Positions 33,094-43,770 of a stretch of DNA of 64,000 nt are shown one piece after another (the first letter of the stretch is position 1; each line of letters opens with the position of its first letter). This stretch comes from Mitosporidium daphniae. Taxonomy: Eukaryota. Both the position numbers and the translations under genes were made by a program. Below the pieces are notes generated by a model. The model was not told the origin of the DNA. It did not search any database and saw nothing but the letters and a program-made list of their open reading frames with translations. Location of the stretch: the NCBI RefSeq assembly GCF_000760515.2, contig NW_013546154.1, positions 1 through 64,000 on the forward strand, written 5' to 3'.

Positions 33094-33125
33094 TTTAGCG
33101 GTGCAAGTAAATTGTAGTTTCGCAT

Positions 33126-34574
33126 TTATTGGTACTTTCTTAATGTCTCGATGAGAGATTTTGTTTTCGCCAAATTGTCGGCCGACAGTGGAGCCTTTTG
33201 GTGTTCAAGAGTCTTGCGAATTGACCAAAGTATTTTGGAATTTTCGAGTTTAAAAAGACAATCCCGAATGGCTTCCCTAACCCCCGCATCTTTACAAGCC
33301 TCAAAAATAGGGACAAAAACGGACAGGATTTCAATTTGCCTATCATATGGCCACTTTGGAAACTGTCGCTTATATTTGACTACTTCTTCCATCAAGTCAA
33401 CAAAAGACAGCTCTTTTGAATGTTTCAACAACAACACGGCCCGCATGTATAAAGATAAGCAGATGGGGTCTTTTACCATTCGACCGTATTTTTCATAGTG
33501 AGTAATAAGAACAGACAAAAAATGCTCCTTTTTACACGTGCAGGCAGTTGACATGTAAATGGTCATTGCTAGACCATGAAAAAGCTCCGATTTGAGAAAA
33601 GGCGCTGATTTGGCATGCTCGTCCACGATGGCAATACACTTTTCGGCGATCTTGATTCTTTCTGGGCTATCCAGTGCAAGGCCAGACATGTGCAGACGAT
33701 ACGCAGACAATAACGAACACACAATAAAAGGGTCGATTTGTATTTTGGAGCAAACGGCCCCATCATAATAGGCCTCAATGAACCAAAGAGGGGCGTTTAA
33801 ATTAATGGCAGCCTTGATGGCTATGCAAATGGTATCTGAACATGGGGCTATCCCAAAGCCAGGAGACAGAGGAAATTTATTTTCCTCAACAAATGGGGAG
33901 AAAACAACTCGTAGCGTGTCAAGGTCAGATCCGTACTTGTGGCCAAGAATACCAATGGCCTTGATCAGGGTATTAAAAACGAGCCTAAAATCCGTTTTTT
34001 GCTGTGAAGAGATTTTCAACTTCATTTCTTGAAACTGGTCCCAACAAAAATTTAGAGGATCTTGCACTTGCTCCGTAAGCCGCGAATCTGGCCCACATGA
34101 ATCCCTAGGCGATGCATCGAGCATGGCTCGCCTAATAATCGAATCCAAAAGAAGGTTGTATGAGATCAGGTCAGGAACAAGGGCTCTTTTCTTCATATCA
34201 ACAAAAAACTTGTAAGCAAGCGCAGAGCAGCCGTGATCTCTGAGGCCCTTTAAAAGGGTATTGTAAACCGGGACACTTGGACGGACAAATAAAAAGTTTT
34301 TTTTACTTGATGAGGTCCGATTTTTTTGTACCAACTCTGACTTTTCTTTGTTGTTAACCTGCACCATTGAACAAAATAGCGCTAATGCGGCAGAAATCTT
34401 TCGCTTCTTAAAGAGGGCATTGATCCGATGCGATAGTTTAAAAGAAAAATAGGCTGTTTTCTTTTGCGTTTGAAGATGCTTGATTGTCGAGCTTTCCTCT
34501 TGGCTCGGCTTTCTTCTGAACCTCAACGTCGAGAAGCGCGTTAAAATTTTCGATAAATTTGAAAAAACAAGCAT
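33126..34574 (-). CDS. Mitochondrial pentatricopeptide-repeat (PPR) protein
   Basis: PSVPVYNTLLKGLRDHG...AYKFFVDMKKRALVPDLISYNLLLDSI PPR motifs; basic presequence-like N-terminus. Confidence 0.85.
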   Translation of the reverse strand: MLVFSNLSKILTRFSTLRFRRKPSQEESSTIKHLQTQKKTAYFSFKLSHRINALFKKRKISAALALFCSMVQVNNKEKSELVQKNRTSSSKKNFLFVRPSVPVYNTLLKGLRDHGCSALAYKFFVDMKKRALVPDLISYNLLLDSIIRRAMLDASPRDSCGPDSRLTEQVQDPLNFCWDQFQEMKLKISSQQKTDFRLVFNTLIKAIGILGHKYGSDLDTLRVVFSPFVEENKFPLSPGFGIAPCSDTICIAIKAAINLNAPLWFIEAYYDGAVCSKIQIDPFIVCSLLSAYRLHMSGLALDSPERIKIAEKCIAIVDEHAKSAPFLKSELFHGLAMTIYMSTACTCKKEHFLSVLITHYEKYGRMVKDPICLSLYMRAVLLLKHSKELSFVDLMEEVVKYKRQFPKWPYDRQIEILSVFVPIFEACKDAGVREAIRDCLFKLENSKILWSIRKTLEHQKAPLSADNLAKTKSLIETLRKYQ

Positions 34575-34651
34575 CAAAAAGCATTAAAAAAAAAATTAAA
34601 GTGGAATTTATTTAGTAAACACTCCCAAAACGGAACGCACGCAATGGCAAT

Positions 34652-35221
34652 TCAATCTACAAAAACAAGCTTCCGCTGCAACATTAAATGCCGCACATCA
34701 TCTGCACGCACAAAATGAAGGGTATCTGCATCGAGCGTTAGAAATCCGCGCTCCGTCTGAATGACGCCGCAATCTTCGACCACGCGAACGAGCGAAAAAA
34801 GCTTCCTGGGCCCGTCGGTAATGCTGCAGCCTTGGACAAACAAATCCAGCGATGGAAATAGGCCCTTAATAGTACCAAGGGAATTCTCGTACGATTTGAT
34901 CAATTCGACTTCTTTCGAATCGGCAGGAGTATAGTGCTTCGAGAGACCCATCAACTGCTGCATGTGCTTGACCAGGGATGCAGTTAAGATGCGTTGAATT
35001 CTCAATATGGTTGTGTGATAAATAAGCAGCAGGTTTCTTTCCGATTCGCCCATCGATTCGTCTTGATCGCCCATCGTTGATTTCATGACAATGCCCTGTG
35101 CTTTGGAAAATAAATCGGCCATGTCTGACAAGGCGATCGATAGGCTTTTGTAGTTGAATTGGCTGTCCAAATAGGATGAGCACCTTGCCTCTTTCAGTAA
35201 GCAGAGTGCAGCGTTGCTCAT
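34652..35221 (-). CDS. PSF1: GINS complex subunit Psf1
   Basis: Helical A-domain (YH..ILRIQR.L) and B-domain PRKLFSLVRVVEDCGVIQTERG...HFVRADDVRHL. Confidence 0.85.
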   Translation of the reverse strand: MSNAALCLLKEARCSSYLDSQFNYKSLSIALSDMADLFSKAQGIVMKSTMGDQDESMGESERNLLLIYHTTILRIQRILTASLVKHMQQLMGLSKHYTPADSKEVELIKSYENSLGTIKGLFPSLDLFVQGCSITDGPRKLFSLVRVVEDCGVIQTERGFLTLDADTLHFVRADDVRHLMLQRKLVFVD

Positions 35222-35249
35222 TGGTAAAAAGTTAATTTTATTTATTAAT

Positions 35250-36930
35250 TTAACTGGAGGCGCGGGCTCTAGGCAAGGGGCCCCAATTTGGCGGCGGTGC
35301 GTGGAACCTCACCAATCCTTGGCTGACGGATTGGGATACCGCGTTGGGATGCACACCAAAGTCAATCAAACTAAATAGGAAAAGATGCCAATCGCGGTAC
35401 CTTGCGATGCCAATGGACATGATTTTTTCGGCCGTATCTTCGCGGACTTCGGTTTTTGGCTTCTTGGTGGCAATGGGCTGCGATTTAACCTGAAAACAGT
35501 AAGTCAATGTATGCTGGTGGCACATACCCATTCTTTCATGATGTCCCAAAGAAACGTAATTGGGGCATCCGTCTTGATGCCCAAAGGGTCACAGTGGCTA
35601 ATTGAAACCTGATACCCAGCATTCAATAAAGCAGATCTGGCATTAAAAAACGAGGTCTAACTTGACGCTGACAAGCCGAGGCGTCGAAGTGTGCAAGATT
35701 TTCGACATATGCGGGATGGTCATGTAGAGAATCGAATTAATTTCCTATCGTTAGGCAAAAGACACGCAACCTCCGACAAAAGAGATAAGAATCCGCAAAT
35801 CCTAGGCCTTGTGCCAAGGATAAAGTCGGTTGAGGACGACAAGAATTCCTGAAGGCTCAAAACAAACTCCTTCGAATGCAGGTTGGCACTCCAAATGGGA
35901 CCGGCAACCTGCAGTTTTGTAGAAGAGCAAATTGAACAGCACGACACGGCAAGAGGGGAGTAGGCATACTTGTCGTTAGCAACAATGGCACCAATGGGCT
36001 GTGCGAAAAAGGTACGACATGCAGGGCAAGCAAGAACCAGAGCTCGTTTCCTACACAAATGAACCAAAGGCCTAACTTGACCGATTTCTTGACCTCAAGG
36101 GGCCCCTTATGGACACGGACAAAAATACGAACATAAAAGTCAATTTTGACCGAAACCAGCGGCTCAATATACCTCCCATATCTGTTGGCGGCCGTCTCAA
36201 CTGCATTGAGAAGCAGACGAATGGCCTTTTGATTATCGGGAATTTGGGTCTTACCATTTCTTGCGAATAGTCCGAGTGCAATGGAACGCCTTGATATTTG
36301 GCAAAGCACGTGCCGGGGTGCACTCCACAAAGAACCGCCATGTCGGTGCTAGTGATTGCCAGAAGACCGCCCGAAGATACTGCTTGTACGGCAGCATCCA
36401 AAAACGGAGATGCCGATCCATACGGATCAACATCAATCAAGTCGAAAAAGCTTTGTTTTCCGGCCTCTTGATACATAAACGAGCTAAAGGGGAGCGAATA
36501 TAACGTACTTTGCATCTTGGATGTTGATTTTTATCAGGTCCTCTTTAATTGCATTGTGGGCAATGTTTGCAGAAATGGTTTCCCTGACGCCGTGATCAAG
36601 GTCATTGGAAATGATCTGCGATGCAAGGGGAACCTGATGGGCATATCTGATGGCTCTAAATCCACTGGCTGTGAGAGCATCAAGAATTTTGAATGTGCTA
36701 GCAGAAGAACCCCGCGCTGCGGACGGTTTTGCCTTGGCCCGTTCATCTCGTTCCTTTGAAAAAAGTTTTGAAAAAAGATGTGCAATTAGCATCGAAAGAT
36801 CCCTGTTGAATTCCTGGACAGGATTGTAAAATACCGACCGGTTATCGGGAACCAGGATCGACGAGATTCCCTCCTGGATGATTTTATATCCGTTGGGAGC
36901 ATCGAGAGAACACTCGGTACCAGATGGCAT
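35250..36930 (-). CDS. TRM1: tRNA (guanine26-N2)-dimethyltransferase
   Basis: [66 protein letters not shown]; about 7 introns. Confidence 0.95.
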
Positions 36931-36953
36931 GCGTAAATTAATTTTTTTAAAAA

Positions 36954-37794
36954 ATGCCAAAAAACACCGGTTCCCTATCATGTGCCGAAACACCGTCGGC
37001 GCCGCACCATCAAAACACGAGCCAAATTGGCTCTGTCGATTCTCTAGAAAATGATGATTTTTATCATCCCAATGAATGCTCTGGAAAAAAGCGAAAATCT
37101 AGATCAGAGCATTTGGCAAATATAAAAAAGGTGGAAAGTGCAGTTCTTATTTCTAGAAAAAGGGTCAAAAGGTATTCGTGCCACATCCGATCTGCAACAA
37201 CAACAACGATGTTGAAAAGGTCAATTTATTGTTAAAGAAAACCAATCCCACCACCAATCTGTTGGTTAACACAGCTCATGTGCTCCATTCAGAAGGCACC
37301 TCTTTGGAACATGCCATTAAGAAGGGTAAAAATTCAACATGTAATCCCACGTATTAGGCGTGCCTGACTGGAAATCTGCTCTGGCAAAAAATACGGGATC
37401 GCCGCCGGTGTACCGCTCTCCCGTTGTGATAATTGTGTGCATGTCTGCGATCCGGGCCGTCGAACTAATCAAAAACGAATGCCAATCTTTTGGCCTGTTG
37501 TGTAAAATAGGAAAACTTTTTGCAAAGCATTTTTCAGTCGACGAGCAAAAGGCATATTTGAGTGGTAATGAGGTTCGTATTGCCGTGGGCACACCCCATC
37601 GACTCTCTGTCTTGATCTCAGATGGGACTTTATCTCTGTCGTTGTTGAGGCTGGTAGTTTTAGACCTGAAAAGCGATGCCAAGGGCAGAAACCTTATAGA
37701 AAGCAATGATACCTCAAAAGACCTTTCCCTGCTTTTACAAGACCATTTGATGAAGACCATCTGCGACGAGACCAGAATGTTTTTGTTCCATTAA
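36954..37794 (+). CDS. CMS1: Cms1/CMSS1 90S pre-ribosome factor (2 introns)
   Basis: SPVVIIVCMSAIRAVEL, KLFAKHFSVDEQ..YL, IAVGTPHRL..L...LSL..L..VVLD...DAK. Confidence 0.88.
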
Positions 37795-37970
37795 ATTACA
37801 TTGAAATTTTATTCCACTAAAAGCGCAAATGCACCGCACCGGCTTCCAGAATACGGGGCATGTAGCGTCTCTGCGCAGTTTTTTGTGACACATTTAAGCT
37901 TTTCTTCAAAGCTAAAAGGATCCATTTACGGCAACATAATGCTCCCATGTTTTAGCGGTTATCATATAAA

Positions 37971-38061
37971 CGCCGTCAAATGTCCCCAGATGCTGTCAAA
38001 TGTGTCCAAATGCTATCAAATGTGTCCAAATGCTATCAAATGTGTCCAGATGCCGCCAAAT
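37971..38061. repeat. Minisatellite with a 20-bp unit (TGTGTCCAAATGCTATCAAA-like) built from 10-bp subunits, about 4.5 copies
   Basis: CAAAT/CAGAT recurs every 10 bp from 37977 to 38061. Confidence 0.9.
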
Positions 38062-39334
38062 CAACCCCAAATCAGAGATGGATCGAAAAGTGCCCAAAGT
38101 AAGTATTTCCATCAATGTCAATCATCATCTTATTGTTTAATTGATGCCCTAATGGTATGAACCGTGGCTGACCATGGTCATTTTCGGGGATTTGCATGCA
38201 TCGTGCTGACACCGACAATATCCGGAAACTTTGGATCACAATCATCGATTTTGAGACATAAACAAAAAGCCTTTCACGAGGAAAAAAGAATAATGCGGTG
38301 AAAATGGTTTATAAGCACGGCCACTAGAAAAGTCCCTCAAAACAACTGTGGACACTCTGCCCTCCAATTGATTTTTCTTGGAATACATGACGCGCCTAAA
38401 TGCAAATGAGATGACATTAAAATGTCGCCAAAACACTTGCAAATTGATTCTTTCCAAAGATTGGTAGCTTTTCGTACATTGGGCCAAAGTGGCCGGTTCT
38501 AGAAAACCTCCATTTTGGCAATTCCATAATCTTTATCATATGCACAAAATTTCCAATCCCCACAAATCGGGATTTACTTTCAAATGTTCTAGATTCATTC
38601 AGCGTCTTCATGACAACCTCCACATCTGGAGGGTAAGTCAAAATAGAGGAAAGAAAAGCAACGTAAATTTAGTACAGGCAATTCGAGATACCCTGATGTT
38701 GTTTATGACGACCCAGCATGTATCTGAATTTTGGGTTGTATTTTTGACAGAATTGACCACCTTTGGTGGCATTCCGCCCCTAAATGCAGATAGATTCTGC
38801 TCCAGTTTTTTGTAAAATTTGGATGCAAGGCACATTCATCCCGTCGATCGTCGAAGCACGAGTAAAAAAATCAACGTCTCCATGAATAGAAAATTCCGAT
38901 CATTGTTAGTGTGGTGCAGTTTAGTTTGCTCCAGCTAATCTCCTCTAAAAGCTCTGCCCGCTTTAATTTTTGACATTTTGTACGGCTTTTCGCCTTTTGT
39001 TTGATAAAATTACCTTTCTCCGTTATTGGCTTACCAGAAATGGTTATTGTAAGGGTCAATCGGAATTTTAGATGCCTTTCTTAAAGATGCTCGATAATTA
39101 GATGGATATGCACATGCACAGTTCTTTTGAAATGCTGGCCAAAGGCTATCGCTCCTGGGCTTATGATACGCCATTTTAGGAGCAGCCTGCCAGATAAGAC
39201 TTGGTCAATGGAAAGCATTTCCATCAATGCTTTTGGTGTACCCATTGCTCATTCGTATGTCAACAAACTTACAAGGCTCAAGTTTTCTATGGATTTGGTA
39301 TTTATTTATCCAAGTACATTTGGACGGCCCCATA

Positions 39335-40353
39335 TTATCCGGCAGTACTTTTCGCGTGATTACAATCAATTGTGGAATACAGGTGCCCCTCTTCAATCAG
39401 CCAGTCGATTATGGACCGGGTTTCCGTTTCGGGCATCCTGGTTCGGAGTTGCTTGCAAACGGTATCGATATTAAGCCCTTCATTTGCAACACACCCATTG
39501 AACATATTGAGCACCAATTGCTGTTGCGGATTCATCTCCGACCCGAACGAACTAGAGGCCGGCATCGAATATTGCGTCCCATACGACTCATATCCTGCAT
39601 TGCTTTTTACAATGCAAGCCGACGATGTTTTTTCTGAACAAGGCAATTGCTATGCACTTGGAATGGAACAACCGGTACCTTGGTGTAGTATAAATGTCCA
39701 AATAAGCAGCTGGACATGTGGTAAATTATAAAGTTGTAGTCCGTAATAATGGAGAGGTCGTACACATTGATGGACTTTTTGTTTGCAAACGATCGCAAAT
39801 TACCGATAATCCGCACCCAAGATCCCTCCCTACAGTCAGAAAAGCAACCGTTAGTTCCTACTTGACCGATGAAAGGACGGCGACATTTGGATCGTCTGGA
39901 AATGCAGACGGGTCGCTTTCTTGGGTGTCGCCGTTGTCGGCGGCATATTCGTTATTGGAAGAAAGAAATCCAGAAGATGAAGATGCATCAAACCATTTCC
40001 TAGCCTCTATTGATCCCGTCCCATCCTCAATGGTAAGGATAAAGCTTGATGGCTGTCTGAGAATCCTCCTAACGCAGCCGCAGGTAAGCATCTTTGTAAA
40101 AAACGGTTAACCTACTTGGCTGACTTCGCATCCATCAACCATAAAGGGGGCCTCCGCCGATGGCTGCTCGCTCAAGGCAAGTTGCCTGAGCGTTAAGTGT
40201 CGGAGGGTGGGATTGGATAAGTTAGCGCGCTGCAATAAATGGCATGTGTTTTACCTTTGAGAATGGAGATCCGTTCTGAGCACCACTTGAGGTTGGGGAA
40301 AGCACAGGCTCTGCCAAAAACCCTCCAGTAGGAAAATCACGTTTGGCCATCAT
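39335..40353 (-). CDS. RPA2: Replication protein A 32-kDa subunit
   Basis: TLRHLTLRQL, IEDGTGSIEARKW, WVRIIGNLRSF and C-terminal winged helix LIEEGHLYSTID..H.KST; about 4 introns. Confidence 0.93.
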
Positions 40354-40403
40354 TTGAGGGAAAGTGGGCGATTAAAAGTTAATAAATTTAATTTTTGTTT
40401 GAA

Positions 40404-41087
40404 ATGGCTAGGCTTAGCCGTTTGAAGCACTATTGCCAGCTTTGCCAAAGGCAATGTAGCGACGAAAATGGACTGAAGGTACCATACCATTTTCTAGCAA
40501 TTTAGTGCCATCTCTTTTCAATCACACACAGGAGGAAACAAGAGGCATATGATGCCGATCCAAAGGCATTTTTAGAGGCATACAGTGGGGCATTCCAGAA
40601 AGCATTCATTTCCATTCTAAATTCCCAGTGGGGCGGTGGTAAACGGGTATTAGCTAACATCGTATATCAGAGCTACATTTCAGATAGAAACCACATTCAC
40701 ATGAACAGCACCAAGTGGAAATCACTCTCTGAATTCATATGGCACCTAGACAGATCAAAACTGATCAAGGCCGAAGAGGTGGCTTCCCAAGAAAATGGCT
40801 GCGATCCTAAAATTTACATTTCCACTTTATCAGATATTTCGTCCGTTTGTGAACGAATGCGTGCAAAGATATCTCAGCCGCACAAAGAGGGCACCGGCCT
40901 GGAGCATCTTGCTATCACACAGGCACGTTTGTACAATACTACTCCAACTGGAGAAGCAAAAGAACAACCACTTTCACCATCCATAATTGGGATCAAAGCC
41001 AGCCAACCCGAGGAGGACAACAATGGGGAAAGACCAAAAATTTCTTTTAAACTTTGTAGACCCGACAAAAGAATTAAATTTGCTTAA
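40404..41087 (+). CDS. KIN17: KIN17/Rts2-family zinc finger and winged-helix protein
   Basis: LKHYCQLCQRQCSDENGLK|CHLFSITHRR and ANIVYQSYISDRNHIHMNSTKW.SLSEF; one 27-nt intron; no C-terminal KOW domain. Confidence 0.92.
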
Positions 41088-41101
41088 ATTTTATATTTGC
41101 C

Positions 41102-41876
41102 ATGAACTCGAGGAACCCTGGTTTGGATTATTGATGCTTTTTATTGCTTAGCCGTAAAAAGGTTGCTAAAGGAATTTTCGACCATTTCAAATTCAGAAGC
41201 AGAAGGGTTTGTCGCCTTTCCAGCCTCCGTAGAGTGCTCCTCTGCTAAGTTTAGGAAAATGATGTTTTCGACTGGCACTTTGTCATATCTCGTCCGATAG
41301 ACACCATATATCAAGGGGGGCTTTATCACGGAAGGATTGTGTTTCCGGCAGAATATCCATTCAAGCCGCCATCGTTTAGCTTCCTCACGCCAAATGGGCG
41401 CTTCGAGACGAACACTAATATTTGTTTGTCAATTTCTGGGTATCATCCGGAAAACTGGCAGCCAGCATGGGGCGTCAGGACGGCGCTAATTGCTCTCACA
41501 TCGATGTTGCCAACCAAGAACGACGGGTCCATTGGGAGCATAACCACTCCTGACCACATTACGCGGGACCTTGCCAAAGAGTGAGCACTCGACGTCACTG
41601 ATTGGGTTTAGATCCGCAAAATGGAAATGCCCCAGATGTCGGAAAAGCAATTTTGAGCTAATGAAGGGAAACATTCAGGCCTCGGAAGATTCAAAGTGCG
41701 GGTCTACCGAATATTCGACACAAAATCCCCCAACACCGACCGCCAATCACATTAGCACAATGGTCGCCAATGGGCATCATGAAAAGGATCGCTACATCAC
41801 CACCCCTATTGTGTTTATACTTTTGGCCTTTGGCTTATTTTTTTCTTTTTTAATCTTTTACACAATTATTGATTAA
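41102..41876 (+). CDS. UBE2J1: Tail-anchored ubiquitin-conjugating enzyme, UBE2J1-type
   Basis: NP|AVKRLLKE, FDWHF, GGLYHGRIVFPAEYPFKPPS...TPNGRFE...ICLSISGYHPENWQPAW; C-terminal TM; 3 introns. Confidence 0.88.
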
Positions 41877-41948
41877 AATTTTACACGCAATTACTCGTTA
41901 GTGATTATCATCACCATATAATTTTGTCGCTGGCGCATTATACGGTTA

Positions 41949-42008
41949 CCAAATTGGAAATGTAAATTTGACAGCCAAATTGGAAATCTAAATTTGACAT
42001 CTAAATTT
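41949..42008. repeat. 26-bp direct repeat x2 plus partial copy (CCAAATTGGAAATGTAAATTTGACAG)
   Basis: Copies at 41949 and 41975, followed directly by TTAGGGTT. Confidence 0.85.
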
Positions 42009-42334
42009 AGGGTTGGGGGTGGTGCTTGAAGGAGAGTAAACTTGCACCATAGTGTTGAGAATTCTCATCACATTGTTAAACATCCAAATGATGAGTTCAT
42101 TTGATGTCCGTTTTTGGGTGCCAAAATTATTGATTGGTGGGCCTAATCGCGATTGAGATTTATTAACTTTGGTGAGCCCAATCGCGATGCAAAATGTGGA
42201 TATAAGTTTTAATAAGCCAATGTCCACGGGACTGCCTTTAAAGATTGTCGAGAAATCAGGCATTAATCATCTTTTTGATGGTGATGATGAATCGTCCAAA
42301 TAATTAAATTTAATGAGAAAATATTAGCTAAAAA

Positions 42335-43498
42335 ATGTCGGAAGGTCCTCTAGCGGAAAACATTTTCCTTGTAGATGAGCGAGTGGCCAATGGTATCAGG
42401 CATTTTTTTGCCGGCTCAATCGGAGGTACGCTCAATTTTATATTTATGATGGCCAGGCGTCGCTGGACTTGCCATTGGGCATCCATTCGATACAGTTAAG
42501 GTACGCATGCAAAACAACATTGGAAACGATCTCTACGGCGGGTCGATGCGAACATTTCTCAAAATCGTAAAGGAGGAAAAGGTGGATAGCCACCCTGATT
42601 TATTTAGATCCGAGGACTCTTTAAAGGAATCATTCCTCCGATGATCGGTGTTGGGCTGGTTAATGCCTTTGTTTTTGGTGTATATGGCACGATTCTTAAT
42701 TCAATCCAGGCCGCCCATGGTAAGGGCTACGTTTGTTCTTAGCGAATTAGTAAGTACATTTGGGTCTTAACGTTCCTAGTAGGGCATCACAATTCACTGT
42801 TGCCGTTTTTTGTTGCCGGTGCATGTTCAGGATTTGCCAATTCTTTCATTACGGGCCCTTTTGAGCTAGCAAAATGCCTCCAGCAGCAATCTTCGATAGG
42901 AGTGCGCTCTTCTGCTCAATCGAAGCTTCCAGGCACATTTTCGATCCTTCGAGAGGCCTATAGACGCTGGGGCATCTCTGGCCCATGCAGGGGCCTATTA
43001 GCTACCATCATAAGAGATACACCTAGCTTTGGTACTTATTTCCTTGCGTATGAAGCAATCATGCTGCATGGTGGGTCTTCTGCCGATGGCATGTCGAAGA
43101 ATCAAGACTTGTATACAAAATTTGAAACGTACGTGGAGCAATATGGCTCTCACACGTACTCCCCAATTATAACATGTCCATCCATTGTTGAGAAGCCAAA
43201 CTCGAGCGAATATAACTTCCCACCGCTTTTGCTGACACTGTTTGCTGGGGCTGCCAGCGGCGTGCTAAGTTGGCTTGTCACATACCCTTTTGATGTTATC
43301 AAAACTAGAATCCAATCCACCCCGCTCGATGTGAAGACAACAGGCATAATCCAAACATATAAAGCCATGTGCAGACAGACAGGGATTGCATCCCTATTTT
43401 GCGGGCTCAATGTAACGCTATTGAGGGCCATTCCAACAAACGCGGTAACCTTCCTTGGATTTTCTCTAGCATTAAATGCATTTGAATCCAAATGGTAG
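42335..43498 (+). CDS. Mitochondrial carrier (SLC25; carnitine or basic-amino-acid carrier-like)
   Basis: Three carrier motifs GHPFDTVKVRMQ, GPFELAKC.QQ and YPFDVIKTRIQ, plus RDTPSFG and RAIPTNA. Confidence 0.93.
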
Positions 43499-43770
43499 TT
43501 ACCAAAGGGGGCTCGCCCATGCCAACCCAAACCCATAATCTGTTCGTGTCCATTTTCACATCCAAGTAATAAATTCGATTTATTTGATTTTCAGCACAAG
43601 TGCGGGTCCATAGGACATGCAAGCATGTACACCGACATGAAATGTGCCACGCGCTAACCTGAAATAGCAGGGGAGAGGGACAATACAGTCTCGCCACCCT
43701 CAAATCTTTCAAGCGAAATTTTGATTCTGTGGTGCCTCCGGCGAGAGGAATCTGGGAAAACCCCCCAAAT

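Noticed and set aside
41988..42263. 91-aa minus-strand ORF between the E2 and carrier genes
   Set aside because: No recognisable motif, and it ends in a DNA repeat; coding status unsupported.
42719..42783. Classical [D1,2]/[A2,3] stwintron removing 64 nt
   Set aside because: The geometry is present, but a 64-nt excision breaks the carrier reading frame. Only the alternatives listed in the findings keep frame.
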